Counted from the stretch's first letter, positions 1-13,045 are shown. The stretch: 64,000 nt of DNA from Eledone cirrhosa (GCA_964016885.1 OZ024740.1:64108001-64172000); one strand, 5' to 3'. Notes: generated by a model from the sequence alone, not told the origin. Numbers and translations: made by a program.

Positions 1-1730
1 GTGTGAGTATTTCGAAGAGGGGAGGGGCAGGTTTGGTTTTGTTTGTTGCTGGAGGGGTGTTTTCTGTTTTGTTGGATTGTGTTGAGATTTGGGTGGGGGT
101 TGTTTGTCCTTGTGTGTTTTGTACATGTTTTCTTTTTTTCCTTTTAATCTGTCTGAAGGACTCCGTTTCTTCCTCCGAATTCGTTGGGTTATCTTCAGTG
201 TTGGAGGGAAGAGGTATGTTTGCTGGTAATGTTTCCGTGTTGGTTTTCTTTGTGGGGGAGATGGATGTCACTATGTTAGACTGTGTTGTGTGTTGTGTCT
301 GCGGTGGTTGTGTTGTTTTATTGAGTGAGAGGTTGGGTGGGCCTGTATTTTGTTTTGGGGTAATGTGTTGTGACTGTTTGTGTTGTGGTGGTGTTGTGGT
401 TTTACTGAGGGACGGGTTGGGTGGGACTGAGTTTTGTTGTTTGTTTATCTGTTGTGGTGGTGGTGGTGGAGCTGGTGTTGGTAGCAGGGTTTTCTTTTTG
501 TTGAGTTGGGGACAAGCGGCCTTCAGGTGCCCTCTGCCTGCACATATATGGCAGGACAGCCTTCTCCCCTCCACGCTAATGTTTATATACCCGTGGTCCT
601 CTAATAGGATTCTGTCGGGTATTTGGGCGATGCGTTCAGGCTTCATTTGTACTACCAGCTTTATACCTGTTCCACTGAACGCATTGCCTGTGGTTTTCCC
701 AATGGAAATCACGTTGTCATTCACTGGATCGATGAAGCCAGCTATGAGCCAGCAGTAGTCCACATCTGGCATCATTGCATCCAGCCATATGCGTTGAGTT
801 CTTTTCCCCATATAAGATGGATAAAAGGTGAAATTTTTCGAACGAATCGGTGACAAAGCACATTTTTTTGCCGCCGATTCGTTCTTCATGATAATTGCTA
901 GGCTTCCATACAGTCTGTCTTTTCTTATGAAAGTGGTTTCATTAAGTACTTCTGTGAGTACTGTTTTGATATCTGCTTGAGAAGGCTGTTCAGGTTTTTT
1001 TGTACTGTTGTTGATGGTCCGAAACTTGACCGTTCGGCTTTCAATGTCTTTCGTGAATTCTTGAGGCATTTTTACCGATAAAATACCATTCTCTCCTTCA
1101 CTTATGTATTGTTTGGCGTCCGTGATCCTTCGTACCACATCTGAAATGTTTTCCGCTATATAAGTCAAAGATTTCTTTGTTTTCTGTGCAAATGAAATCT
1201 TGTCGTCTGCTTTGTTTTCTGATATGGTGTTATTTTCAACTGTTATTTTTGTGTTTGTTGTGTCTTTGTTTGTGTTATTAGTATTGTCATGCAATTTTTC
1301 AAATTTTTTTTTTTCGTTGTTGGAATCCAAGTCCAGATTTGTGTTTTCGTCATTTAATTTTTTCTCCGCAGATTCGTCTGTTTTTATTTTAATTTTTCCT
1401 TCCTTCTCTATGACGTTAGTTGGGGAAGGAAGGGAGGACTAAAGCGTGCGAGCTTACAACTCTTACCGCTGTCCCCCCACCACTATTTTCGTTCGCTGCG
1501 TTTAACATTTCTGTTAGACGATTGAAATTTTTTACACAAAATTTTTTAAAACAGGTTTTTCACCTCTAGGAGGGGTAAAGATGAGCTGACCCACCGCCTG
1601 ACAGTTCAGACGGAGGGTCAAGCTACACAATTGTATCAAAATTAAGTTTGAACTCACAAAATTTCCTCAATAAATTTGAACAAAACTTCTGTGCGAAGTG
1701 AATGACATCCACACTGTAGAACAGACGACA
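1..1730 (-). mobile_element. Tx1/L1-clade non-LTR retrotransposon, 5' part (5'UTR + ORF1), runs off the window start
   Basis: The minus frame reads open from ~1437 through the CCHC knuckle CHICAGRGHLKAAC (~512-553) towards position 1. It is homologous to the ORF1 at 3299-4029. The 5' end abuts (GATA)n at ~1733. Confidence 0.8.
2..1069 (-). CDS. Tx1-like ORF1 gag-like protein (partial, from the first in-frame Met, MPQEF)
   Basis: Manual translation gives ...LYGSLAIIM...YMGKRTQRI...VQMKPERIAQIP...INISVEGRRLSCHICAGRGHLKAACP, followed by a Pro/Thr/Gln-rich tail. It is probably missing from the ORF track because it runs off the window edge. Confidence 0.7.
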   Translation of the reverse strand, partial: MPQEFTKDIESRTVKFRTINNSTKKPEQPSQADIKTVLTEVLNETTFIRKDRLYGSLAIIMKNESAAKKCALSPIRSKNFTFYPSYMGKRTQRIWLDAMMPDVDYCWLIAGFIDPVNDNVISIGKTTGNAFSGTGIKLVVQMKPERIAQIPDRILLEDHGYINISVEGRRLSCHICAGRGHLKAACPQLNKKKTLLPTPAPPPPPQQINKQQNSVPPNPSLSKTTTPPQHKQSQHITPKQNTGPPNLSLNKTTQPPQTQHTTQSNIVTSISPTKKTNTETLPANIPLPSNTEDNPTNSEEETESFRQIKRKKRKHVQNTQGQTTPTQISTQSNKTENTPPATNKTKPAPPLFEILT

Positions 1731-1732
1731 GC

Positions 1733-1782
1733 TAGATTAATAGATAAATAGATAGATAGGTAGATAGATAGGTAGATAGATA
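1733..1782. repeat. (GATA)n microsatellite between two Tx1-like elements
   Basis: tagataaatagatagataggtagatagataggtagatagata. Confidence 0.9.
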
Positions 1783-4288
1783 ACTTTCTATTTATTTGCC
1801 ACCAGGGCATCAAAGATTAGGACAAATACAAGAGGGGAGTTTACATACATTTCAAGGGACGTGTAAAAATATATAACAAATCAAATTCAACAATCGAAGT
1901 CCTCAATAGGGAGGGGGCGTTGACATGGGTCGCACCCCCCCCCACGAAAAAATGTGCAACCCTCCTCCCCAGGAGCACAAAGAGCGGGTGCTCCCTTCCT
2001 CTCCTCCTTCCTCTCCTCTCTCACCTACAGGTTGATATAGAGAGAAGGCCCATTCACTCGGGCCATTCTCGCCACTTTCACCCACCTTTCATAAAACTTG
2101 CTGGGGTAGAGCACCTCTCTCTCCATTCTGATCCTTCTTCTAAAATGGTACTTGAAAAAAAGGACCATTTTAGAAGAAATCGTTTTTGACGAATCGGCCG
2201 ATTAACCGTTTGAGGCTGTTACACCCCCCCTCTATCGGGACATGCCCCTACATAGTCCCAACGTGCATCCAGGATACCATTCCAGTCCCCTACTAAAAGC
2301 AAGGAGCGAGACGTTCCCAGAAAAGTCTCTAGGCGTTGGAAGAAGTCCGGTCGCGGTGTCCCAGATTGGGCATACGCTGCCACCAGCCTGAAGGCTCCAC
2401 CTTCACTACTGCCTACGTCTAGAACCACCAGTCGACCCTCCGGGTCCAGGTGTACCTTCCGTGTTGCGAGGCCCAGGTGTTTTCGCAGAAGAACGCCCCC
2501 CCCCCCCTGCTGACAGAGAGATGCATAGATCTCAAAGTCGTCGAAGATGGGGGCCAGTTGGTGCTCGCTGCTGATCCTGGACTCGCAAATAACTATCACA
2601 TCCATTCTGTGCGACCTGAGTTCATTTAAAAGTTTGCCCTACTTCCAGGACATCCCCAGGCCGCGCACATTTAAACATCCAACTCTTATAACAGCCATGT
2701 TGGTGGTGAAGAGTTTAGGGTGGAGAAAAAAGAAAAGACACCTACCTGTCCTTCTCCTGGGGACCAGGCTGCACAATTTCCATGGGGATGTCGGCGGGGT
2801 TGTTTGGTGGGTGGTGGTTTGGGATGTGGTGGGGACATCAGTGTGTGGTGGGGTGGGGGTGTTTGGTGGGGGAGGGGTCTCTGGGGGTGGTGGTGGGGAA
2901 ACATTTCAAGAGGACGCGGTTGCTAGGTCTAGTACAGGGGATCCCCACGTCCTTGGGAAAGTTCTGTTTGAGCATTGCGTAGGTGTCCCTTGGGACCCTA
3001 ATAATTTTAAAATGCGGTTTAGTCGCCGCGTTGGTTAAAATTTTCCCTTCGGTGGAAACCGAAGGGTCTTTGTCTATTGTTTGCACAAGTGTTTTGTTGT
3101 TTGTGTTGATGTATGTATACTGTTTTTGTTGTGCTGTGTTTGTTTTTGTTTGTTGTTCTTGTGTGTGTTTGCGTTTTGTAGTATGTGTTATGTATTCGGG
3201 AGGGGTGGGTTTTTTTGTTTGTTCTGTTTGTTCTGTTTGTGTTGGTGGTTGTGTGTTTGTTGCATTTTTGTTAATGTGGTGCCTTCTTTTCTTTCTTTTT
3301 ACAGGTTGAAAGGGTTCTCCTTCGTCGTCACTGGGTGACGTTGATAAGGGGCCCTCGTCCGTGTTGTTGGGGAGGGGTATATTTTGAGGTTTTGTTGTGG
3401 TTGCTTTGTATTTGTTTTAGGTGGGGAGGGGTTGGGTGGGACAGTGTCTTGTGTTGTTATTTTTTCGTGTTGTTGTTGTTGTGGTGGTGGTGGTTGTGTT
3501 GTTGTGTGTGGGGTGGGCAGAAGCGCCTTTTTTTTTGGGGGGGGGGGGGCATTTAAAAGGGGACAGGAAGCCCTCAGGTGACCACTTCTTGAACAGTGGT
3601 AGCATGAAGGCCGCCTGCCCTCAACAGAAATGTTTATGAAGGCGACTCCATCCAGGGACACACACTGCGGTATTCTTGCTATCCGTTCTGGTCTCATTTG
3701 GACCAGAACTTGAAGGCTATTGTCGCCGAATACGCCCCTGGTGCATTCGCCTATCGAAAGGATTGTGTCTTCATCTTCTAAGAATCCCGTTAGCACCCAG
3801 CAAATGCTCGTATTTGGCCTGATGCCTGAGATTCTTATCTTTTGAGTTCTTTTCCCCAAATATGTGGGGAAAAAGGTTCTTTGGATACAATTGGCGACAC
3901 AGAATATTTCCGTGCCGCCAATTCCTCTTGCATTAAAACAGATATACTTCCATAAAGTTTCCCTTTCTGTATGAAAGCGATATCCTTCCAGGCACTACTT
4001 AGGACCAGCTCAATTTCGCTTTGGGACAATTGAGCCGGTTTCCTAGTCGTGTTCGAAACTGTCCTAAAAATTACAGTCCTGAAGACTGTGTCCCTTCTAG
4101 TTTCTTCGTATTAATGCGTCGTATTAATGGCGTCCATTGTCACTAAACGACTTTTATCGACAACTTATAACTATAAACACAACAAATAACAAATTACTTA
4201 AACAGACGCTTCTCGTAATAAATTCCGCTTCTCGTAATAAATTCCGACAAAATGCAGAAGCGAAACAAAACACGTCTATTTTCTCCGA
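1783..4288 (-). mobile_element. Tx1-like element, internally deleted (ORF1 + APE N-terminus + ORF2 C-terminus, no RT)
   Basis: ORF1 is frameshifted (3299-4029) and carries CYHCSRSGHLRASC. APE motifs GCLNVRGL, DVIVICES and LLLVGDWNGILD occur at 2219-2690. The sequence then jumps to the ORF2 end (FFKYHFRRRIRMEREVL...RWVKVARMARVNG), then a 3'UTR with AATAAA. (GATA)n lies at both ends. Confidence 0.85.
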
Positions 4289-5059
4289 GATAGATAGATA
4301 GATAGAGAGAGAAATTTACAAAATATATTTTCTTCTTGACTCACATAAAACACCAAGTCATAATTGAATTGGAATCTCACTGCTCATGAGTATTTCTTAT
4401 TAATTATCTAATTTCTTTTCTATATTATTGTTAGTATAATATTTTTATATATTTTCAGCACTTCAAATAAATTACAAAGATCATGGCGAAAAAAATTCAA
4501 ACTCTTAAAATTTTAAAACTAAAAAGAAGGAAGAGTAAGAAATAATTCTCTAAATGTGCACATAACAAAAAAACTAACTAAAATGAGTAACAAGCCAGAA
4601 AGTTTCTCTTTTTCTCTATAAAAAATATTATATGTCCTTTAATAATATTATTGACGATTTGAAATTCAAAAAGAAAGCAAATGGCCACAAACATTCCTGG
4701 ATTATTTTAGTTTTTTTCTTCCATAAACGCTATTAATCTTGTCTAATCATCAATCAATCAAAAGACTCCAGTGGGTATATTTATGTTGTTGGCATAGCTG
4801 CTGTTCTCCAAGATTTGCATATTTTAACACGAAAGTGTTAAGAAATAAATAACTGAGAGAAAATTGCAAACCACGAAACTTTTCTGTCGTTTGTTTAAAA
4901 AAGACAGAAAGTGGAATGGTTTGGTTATGTATAATATGGCACCATGACATTTACGCGATGAGCCTTTACGTGGTTGAACAATCTGTTAGAAATAACAGCC
5001 AAATTTCTCTCAGATTACACCTTCTTATCATACTTTCGGTCTCATTGTTGTTATGTATC

Positions 5060-5235
5060 TGAGAATACAAGCCAGCCTTTTGAATAAGATACCAGTCCAT
5101 CGCAGTATTACCACACCTCAGCTGCTGCTGATACTTATGCAGCTGAGTGAAATGGAGAAACGTGAAAGAAAGTTTTTTGATTAAGCATACAATGCAACGC
5201 TCGATCTAGGAATCGAACCCATGATCTTACAACTA
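5060..5235 (-). mobile_element. degenerate tRNA-derived SINE
   Basis: B-box ggttcgattcc on the minus strand, followed by a core resembling the SINE at 44172-44495 (cactcagctg). Confidence 0.5.
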
Positions 5236-6164
5236 TAAAATCCCTATACAGGGGCAAACATTCGGTGAAAGAAATGTAGCAAATCACAAAGGGAGTAGTT
5301 GAGCTACAATAAGAAATAGACAGAAAGTAAGATAGTGGAGCTATATGGTTGGTTGAGGGTCAAGAAAATGGAAGTGTCATTTGAACCTCTCATCATGCAC
5401 CTAAATAATTTACTTTGATTGATCGATTGATTTATTGAACTTGAGATGAATGAAAGGGTTGCAATGATACTCGTGCTTACGCCCGATTGAATTGCTTCCC
5501 TTACGATGTTATTGCATGAAAAGTAACTTACATGTAATACGACTAAATAAACTTAAATGTAATCTTAATTTGTAATCTTAATTTGAGGGCGAGCTATAAT
5601 ATATATATTAACCTCAGTGCATTATTGATTTCAGAGGTAGTGGTAAAAGCAAATTTGAGACACCAGCAAAAACCTAAAACTGTAAAGTGGTGTAAATAAA
5701 GCCTACACAGGATTCAGTTAACTGCTCTACAGACATTTCATAGGCAACCCTGAAATTTGTACATAGAAATGAGCACGTACACGCTCACACATTGGTGTGA
5801 GCGTGTATGTGTTCACTCGATCTGCTAGAACTACCAGCCAAATCTACCTAAACTTACATCTTAGTGCATTGGAAAAGAACACGATGTATAATGTGGTCTT
5901 GGGTTGTTTTTCCAGAAAGACGGAATGGTTACAGTTGGAATGTCTATGATAATATTCCTGCTCGATTAGAGCTGTCCTATGGCAAACAATAGCTGTAATG
6001 TTCAGAGAATAATATAAAAACGTAATCAATAATACAATAGAGAGATAAAATTAAAATAAGATTGAAGTGAAAAGACAGACTTTATATGAGAGTACGAGAA
6101 AATTACTTTCGTTAGTATTACTGAAGAAATGAATGCAGGTTGGCTGGTGGTTATATTGTTGTTA

Positions 6165-6375
6165 TCACGATCGTTTAGTCGCAAGTTCGATCTTTTGACC
6201 GAGCGACGCATTGTGTCACTGGACAAGACATTTCTTTTCACTTCACACTAGCCCACTCAGCTGAAAGAATGAGAACCACTAACAGCTAGGGATTAACCAT
6301 GCGATGAAATCTCAATCACTTAATCCCACATAAATCTAGATAAACCACGCCGCATAAGTTGTTAGACTCGAAAAA
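6165..6375 (+). mobile_element. degenerate SINE related to 44172-44495
   Basis: agttcgatc B-box remnant, cattgtgtcactggacaagacattt, cccactcagctg, followed by an A-rich tail. Confidence 0.5.
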
Positions 6376-7619
6376 AAAAGAAGATTTTAACGACTTTATC
6401 GTTTTTTAAACGTTTTACAAGAACGAACCAATTACATTTGTTAGTAACTATTATCGAAAACATGCATGGACATTACTCGCATCTCTGATGAATTTTTATC
6501 TTCAACCACCTGGCTAATAATTGCTTTCTTGTTGCACCAGTGAAATATGATAGGTAGATTTCTTATATATACTTGCATAGAAATTGAAATAAGAGATAGG
6601 AAACGTCGCCTAAGGATCATATCGAACTGAGCCCAACAGTTTAACTTAATAGTGGTGGGATAAAAGGATTCTCTATCTAATGAAATTTAAATAACCCGAA
6701 CCAAAGTTATATTACTAATGAAAATTAAAATAAATCTGGCTATAAATAATTTTTGTGCTGAATAGATATTTTATCAATCACTTCTCAATGTGCCATTTAG
6801 ATTGAATGAGTTGTTAAAACACAGTTTAAATTTAATCTATGTTTTAAAAGGAGAAGAAAAAGAAACATGTTTTCTTCTAGTGAAAGAGAACTAGCATGCG
6901 TAGTTTTTCATTCTTAAATTATATTTTAGGCAAATTCAAAATATAAGAATAACACAAAGAAAAGTATCTGAAAAGATCAATCATTTATAACTAAAACCAT
7001 AAATATACTTGAATATATTTGAATATTACTTGTATATTGTGTCATAAATAATACACTTTTAGCTGTCGCTCTTAACCGGAAGACATAAAAAAATAAAATG
7101 TTATCTATAGAATGCATATTTTTCTTATAGATAACAAGATTTTATTGACAAAAAAAAAAAATGATGCACAAGTAAAGAATGAACCATTTGAGATTTAAGA
7201 ACCATAAATAAAATTAAATATTGAAAACCTACATATTCAACATAGGCATTAATATTTAGGAAAAGAAAATTCTTTGACTTTAATTTTTATTCATTTCGAT
7301 AAGAGAAATCGATAAAGTGGTACCAAAGTGGCGGAAGAAATGTCTAACAGTATTCCGTTTCACCTCTATATTTTCTTATTTCAAATGAAGGTGTTGTGTT
7401 TGAATTCCTTTTTTCCAAGTTCCTTAACACGACAAGAAGCAATATATTAGAGTTGATAATTTCTTTTTCATCAATCAATTTTTAGAGTTTAATCACAGAG
7501 GGAAAACTGTACGCATGACACTTTTCAGGGGCTCCGAAACTTGGGAAGAGGACAGAAGAAAGTACCTTCAAACTGCAGATATTGTTAAGTCGGGTGACGA
7601 TTAAATCTCTCACCAAAGT

Positions 7620-7975
7620 AGGTTAGAGGAATTTGAACGCAGAAGGAAAAGATCCGGAACAACTATCGCAAGGCTTCGCTTTGACATCAGACGCTTTGAC
7701 AATTCTACCTACACAACACGTTGAACTGGTATATATTATTAATCAAAGAAACATAAAAGACAAAGTTGACATGGGTGGAATGCAAACAGAGAACGTAAAG
7801 AGCCCGAACATATGCCACAAAGAATTCTGTTAGATACTCTAACAATTGTATCAAACACCGTTCTGGACTGGTACTTTATTTTATCGACCCTGCGAGCATA
7901 AAATCAAAGTTGAACTCAACGAGATTTGAACAGAGTATGCAAACAATTTTATCTGATGCTGTAAAAATTCTGTAC
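7620..7975 (-). mobile_element. cluster of degenerate fragments of the abundant SINE family (35560 type)
   Basis: actggtactttattttatcgaccc...aaagttga...gatttgaac matches the reverse complement of 35560-35750. Confidence 0.55.
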
Positions 7976-8739
7976 ATTCAATGACTTTTTATATCATACC
8001 GCAATCAACTTTGTATTCTATCATTTTTGATGGAGACGTATCGATAAAGTAATTACCAGTAATATATTGCTGTAGATTCAACAGACTACAATCACCTTAT
8101 TCCACTAAAATCTGAGAATGAACTTGTGCCGATGTAAAACATCATTGTTTTAAAGAAAATACATATACAATCATAATGTTGAATGTAATAACAATTATGG
8201 AGTTTGGTATTGACCGATGTTAAATGGACCAGGTATAATACATCTCGTAAATATAGATATGCATTAAACGAGAATAATATAAAGATCATGAATAAAATTA
8301 CCGATTAGATAAGTGTATAAAAATGATATGCGTACATACAGAAAAAGAAACAAGTCTATCGTCAGATCTAATGCTTAGCCTTTCCTTTCCCGAAATTTTT
8401 TGCCGGCTGGCTCCAACTCCTGGTGAAAAGTGCGGGATCTGGACTCAAAATGCACAGTTACTTAGACATAGAAGCTCCCGCGCCTTAAGACGCATGATGC
8501 AGCCAAAGAGCTCCAATGAAATGACCACGGTCAGTGGCATTTATCACTACATCGTTCCAACTTTTATTGACGGGTTTCAGGTCTCTTTCGATTGTTTGCC
8601 GAGTTCTCTTCGCCTCTTTCCATAGGGGAATCAATACAATAACTGATTAGTATGTCTCTCACTGAAACAGATACTACAAAGCATCCCGTCCGACTCTTTA
8701 ACAATTCCACAAATTCAATGCCCCTGGAATGATACATTG

Positions 8740-8860
8740 TTTTCGACACCGAAAGGACGAAAGGCAAAGTTGATCTCAGCGGGATTTGAACTCGGAACAT
8801 AGATAGCGGAACAAATAAAGAGGTATTTGATCCGACAATTTAATGACTATCAATTCGCTA
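8740..8860 (-). mobile_element. SINE fragment (35560 family)
   Basis: gaaaggcaaagttgatctcagcgggatttgaactc. Confidence 0.65.
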
Positions 8861-9004
8861 ATATATAAATGATAAATGATGCAACTGGAACTTGTTATCT
8901 ATCGATTGTTGCCAGATTGTTACCATTTACACATGATCATATAAAACAACGGTACCAGTACAAATTCCACAAATTCCCTATTTTTATGATTCATAATTGT
9001 CAGA

Positions 9005-9220
9005 GAGGTGGACTGGCAGAATCGTTAGAACGTCGGACAAAATGCTTTGCAGCATTTAGTTCCGGCCTTCTACCTTCTGAATCCAAATTTCGCCGAGGTC
9101 TACTTCGCCATTCATCGTTATGTGGTCAATAAAATAAAGTATCCATCAAATACTAAATTCGATTTAAATTACCTTTTCCTTCCTCCAAATTGCTGGCTTT
9201 GTGCCAATGTTAAACATAAT
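9005..9220 (+). mobile_element. tRNA-derived SINE (35560 family), diverged
   Basis: ggtggactggcagaatcgttagaacgtcggac...aaatttcgccgaggtc...aaaataaagta...gctggctttgtgcc. Confidence 0.7.
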
Positions 9221-10254
9221 ATTTTAAAAGTTTTAATTATGTTTTTGATAAGTTAATGTTGTTTAAAGCATGAAGCTTAAACTCGTCTCTTTATGTTGAA
9301 GATTTTGATTACATTCTATCTTTATAGTTGTTTAACGCCCGTCACTCGTATTTGTTCCACTATATTGAAAATTCTGAGTATGTTATCAATTACGTTCTAT
9401 AATGAAGAAGTTTTGAAACCTAACACTACAACTAGTTTCATTACGCTAAAGATCTCGATTGTCATCGCTTTTTTTCCATAGCTGGGATTGTTTAAAGACG
9501 AACATCTGAATTTCTCTTCAGCTGAAGATTTTTATTCTATTTTCGAATTAGTTCAATAGTTATGCTTATTTAAAGTGTAAAACCTTATCTTGTGGCATTT
9601 TATTAAACATTTCGGTTATGTCTTTGAGTTAGTCCCATAGATAAGTTTGATGAGAATTCACCACTTGAACACAAATATGAAGATAGGTAGAAACACGCAG
9701 AATAATATTATCGATGATTATCTGTAACATAAGCACACAGTCACTAATTTTGAAGGCGGGAGTGCAGTCAATGATTTTATTATTCTCAGTGCTTGACTAG
9801 AATTTATGGGTCTTGGAATGATGAGTGGCACAGGCGAGTGCAATGGCGCTTGGAAATCTTTAGAGAAGACATACGAAATTTTGATGTCCATAATTTACAT
9901 AGACGAGTCGTTCATCTGAATCAACATAAATAGCCGGCCTCTATTGAGATTGCATCATATAGAAGTGTAATCAGATTAACGTAAACGAACGTTGCCAAAT
10001 ACCAGACAACATTCTGCCTGTCTTGATATTGTTTCTCTCATCACATTGTAACCAGAGGTATATGATAAATTATAGCATAGGTACAAAACACAGAAACAGG
10101 AAAACGTTTCTATAAAAAAAATTATACTTTGTATTGGAGGCCAATAAAACATTAGTCTTTCTTTTCTTCGTTTCATGCCGTGTCCACGCGAGAGGAATGC
10201 TAATTCTTTGGTTTTGTCCCCATATTAGTTATATAGAGAAGTTGAGGATTAACT

Positions 10255-10400
10255 CCACTACTTAAGTGGTAATTTATCGACCCAAAGTAATAACGAAAAG
10301 CAAAGTTGGCTTCGGCAATATATAAAATCACAGGGCAGAAAGCCGGAAAAATAATGCTAGGCATGCTATCGGACTCTCTAGTGATTCTGCCAATTGAATG
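10255..10400 (-). mobile_element. SINE fragment (35560 family), diverged
   Basis: tttatcgaccc...gcaaagttggcttcggc...gattctgccaatt. Confidence 0.5.
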
Positions 10401-11147
10401 TCGACATTCATCAAACCAGTAGCAACCTATTGTAAAGTATACAACTTAGTCATAGCCAGCATGCAGTAATATTGATCAAAATATGAGCTACTGGCATTTC
10501 TAATAGTTGTGTCAAACACCTAGTCACCTCAAAGACTTTGTCAAAATCTGTAATCTGTAATACGCTGAGGTCGATTACAGCGTCTATATCACCTACTTTG
10601 AAAATATAATACTGTCTGCCAAGTCAAAATTATTATATATTGGTCTGCCAAACTATCTAACCTCCAGCTTCCTTGAAGTGTTTCGAGATTAAATTTTTAT
10701 GAATATAAATATATATATATAACTTTGATAGGTTTCAGCTTGATACGTTCGTTCTTAGTGTTCTTGATATCACGAAAATATATTTATATCAACATTGATT
10801 TATCTTCAGGCATCAACCTAAAACTTTGTATTGGTCTGAGTTTTTCTACAACTACTGAGAGACACAAAGATTCACCATGTGTTAACGCTATGCAGAAAAC
10901 TTTAACGTTATCGAGTTAAAGATATGCACTTTATAAATATCGGATATATTGATTGATATCAGTAGAAAAATCAATACGCAATTTGAAAACTGTTCAAAGA
11001 CGAAAAGATGAGATCTTTCTTGTAAATTATTTAGTTTTATGTGAGTTGTATTTTTAAACATTTGGAGAGCAATGGCGCCTGACGATTTTTAGAGAAGAAA
11101 CGGGAAATTTCGATGTTCATGATTTAACACAGACATTCCTAACGTTA

Positions 11148-11310
11148 GACGGTGAATTAGTAGTTTTGTTAGGGTGTCGGATAGAACATTTTACAGCAGT
11201 ATTCATTCCATGACTGTGCATTCTAATTTCAAATTCCACTGACGTAAACTTTGCCTTTCATATTTTCGAGGTCAATAAATAAAGTACATTCCAGTACTGA
11301 GTTCGATCCT
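11148..11310 (+). mobile_element. SINE (35560 family), diverged
   Basis: ttcaaattcc...aactttgcctttcat...gtcaataaataaagtac. Confidence 0.6.
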
Positions 11311-11429
11311 TCCTCTATATCTCCATCCCACTCATCTCTCCCTGTATATTACTACGGTGCCTCTACGATTCAATAACTGATGAGCCAATGGAAGGATTTC
11401 CAATGTAAGTGAAGACAATTTACATTTAC

Positions 11430-11880
11430 TCAATGGACTTCAGCTACGTATTATTTCTATTTCACTGTGTGTAATATTTCAGTCTCCAAACTATTACTAA
11501 TCCTCTACAAAACCTCAACTGAGTATCACACCTACATCTGGGACGGTGCTGTTGCTTCACGCACATATATCCTACACCGCATCCAGATGAAAGCCACTAT
11601 CTGATGGGTTGCCATGAAGTCTCTCCTAGTTCCTCTATTACTATTGCTACTAGAGTTACCTCTCTTTCTGGAAACTGGTTGGTCTCGTGCCACCTCTACT
11701 AAAGAACTTCCGACTGTGTTGCCCCTCTTCGTCTCATCACCTATATCGTATCCACCGTAAATCTTACACTAAAGACTATGCCCAGTTATTCCTTCCTGGA
11801 ACTACATCACTCTCGAACGACCACCTTTGCACGTCTTTCAAGCAGCTGCCAACCTGCAATAATGTCTTGTGCTGATCGGA
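11430..11880 (+). pseudogene. highly decayed CR1/L2-like LINE ORF2 3' fragment
   Basis: Frameshifted translation LLILYKT...EYHTYIWDGAVAS...ILHRIQMKA resembles the post-RT LYKAQVRPxMEYCSHxWxGA...LDRIQxxA motif. Confidence 0.5.
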
Positions 11881-12160
11881 GGGCGAGTTGAATTCATTTA
11901 TGGATACAGACTCTTCCTCCAGAGATTAATAAAATAAAACACGAAAAAGAAGAGAAAAAAGAAAATCACTCAAGAAAAGGTAAGTTTGTAATTTGTTTTG
12001 ACATGAGAGTAACTCTAATTATCCTAGCACGTCCTTTCAAATAATGTCACTTTTAACAAATCACCTCGTTAGTTAGCACTAGTAATTTTTTTGTTTTACA
12101 GTGTTCTTCATTAAGTATGCAAACGAAGTATTTAAATGAAATTTCGTAGCATATGGAAAC

Positions 12161-12552
12161 TATGTATGTATGTATGTATGTATGTATGTATGTATGTATG
12201 TATGTATGTATGTATGTATGTATGTATGTATGTATTATGTATTTATGTATATATGTATGTGTGTGTATGTATACATGTGTGTGTGTATGTATGTATTATG
12301 TATTTATGTATATATATGTATGTGTGTGTATGTATACATGTGTGTGTGTGTATGTATGTGTGTATGTATGTATGTGTGTGTGTATGTATGTATGTGGGTA
12401 TGTATGTATGTGTGTGTATGTACGTACGTGTGTGTGTATGTGTGTATGTATATAGGTGTGTGTGTGTGTGTATGTATTTATGTATGTGTGTATGTATGTA
12501 TGTGTGTGTGTGTATGTATGTATGTATGTATGTATGTATGTATGTATGTATG
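12161..12552. repeat. (TATG)n/(TG)n compound microsatellite
   Basis: Read directly from the sequence. Confidence 0.97.
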
Positions 12553-12694
12553 TTTTCTCTTTCTCTTAATTTTGAGTATATTTTTTTGACCGGCCACCTT
12601 CCTGGTGGCAAGGTTGTAAAAGAAAAGAAATTGTCATCCCTTGAATCGCAAGAATGTTTTGCAAATTTTGAAGGTGCCAGCTATCGCAGCCATT
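12553..12694 (-). mobile_element. R4/Dong element, severely 5'-truncated 142-bp copy
   Basis: Near-identical to 13146-13287 (end of ORF MAAIAGTFKICKTFLRFKG plus 3'UTR). (CATA)n flanks both sides. Confidence 0.92.
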
Positions 12695-12953
12695 ATGTAT
12701 GTATGTATGTATGTATGTATGTATGTATGTATGTATGTATGTATGTATGTATGTATGTATGTATGTATGTATATATGTACGTACGTACGTATGTACGTAT
12801 GTACGTACGTATGTATGTACGTATGTATGTATATATGTATGTATATATGTATGTATGTATGTATGTATGTACGTATGTATGTACGTATGTATGTGTGTAT
12901 GTATGTATGTATGTATGTATGTATGTATGTATGCATGTATGTATGTATACATG

Positions 12954-12987
<34 letters not shown>

Positions 12988-13045
12988 TGTATACATGTAT
13001 GTATGTATACATGTATATATGTATGTATGTATGTATGTATACATG

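Noticed and set aside
3-758. 251-aa Cys/Val-rich plus-strand ORF, and similar ORFs at 2547-3639 and 54570-55268
   Set aside because: They are antisense frames of A/C-rich Tx1 ORF1 sequence.
4484-4546. Short basic ORF after a tttttcag acceptor-like site
   Set aside because: It stops after about 20 codons and has no supporting homology.
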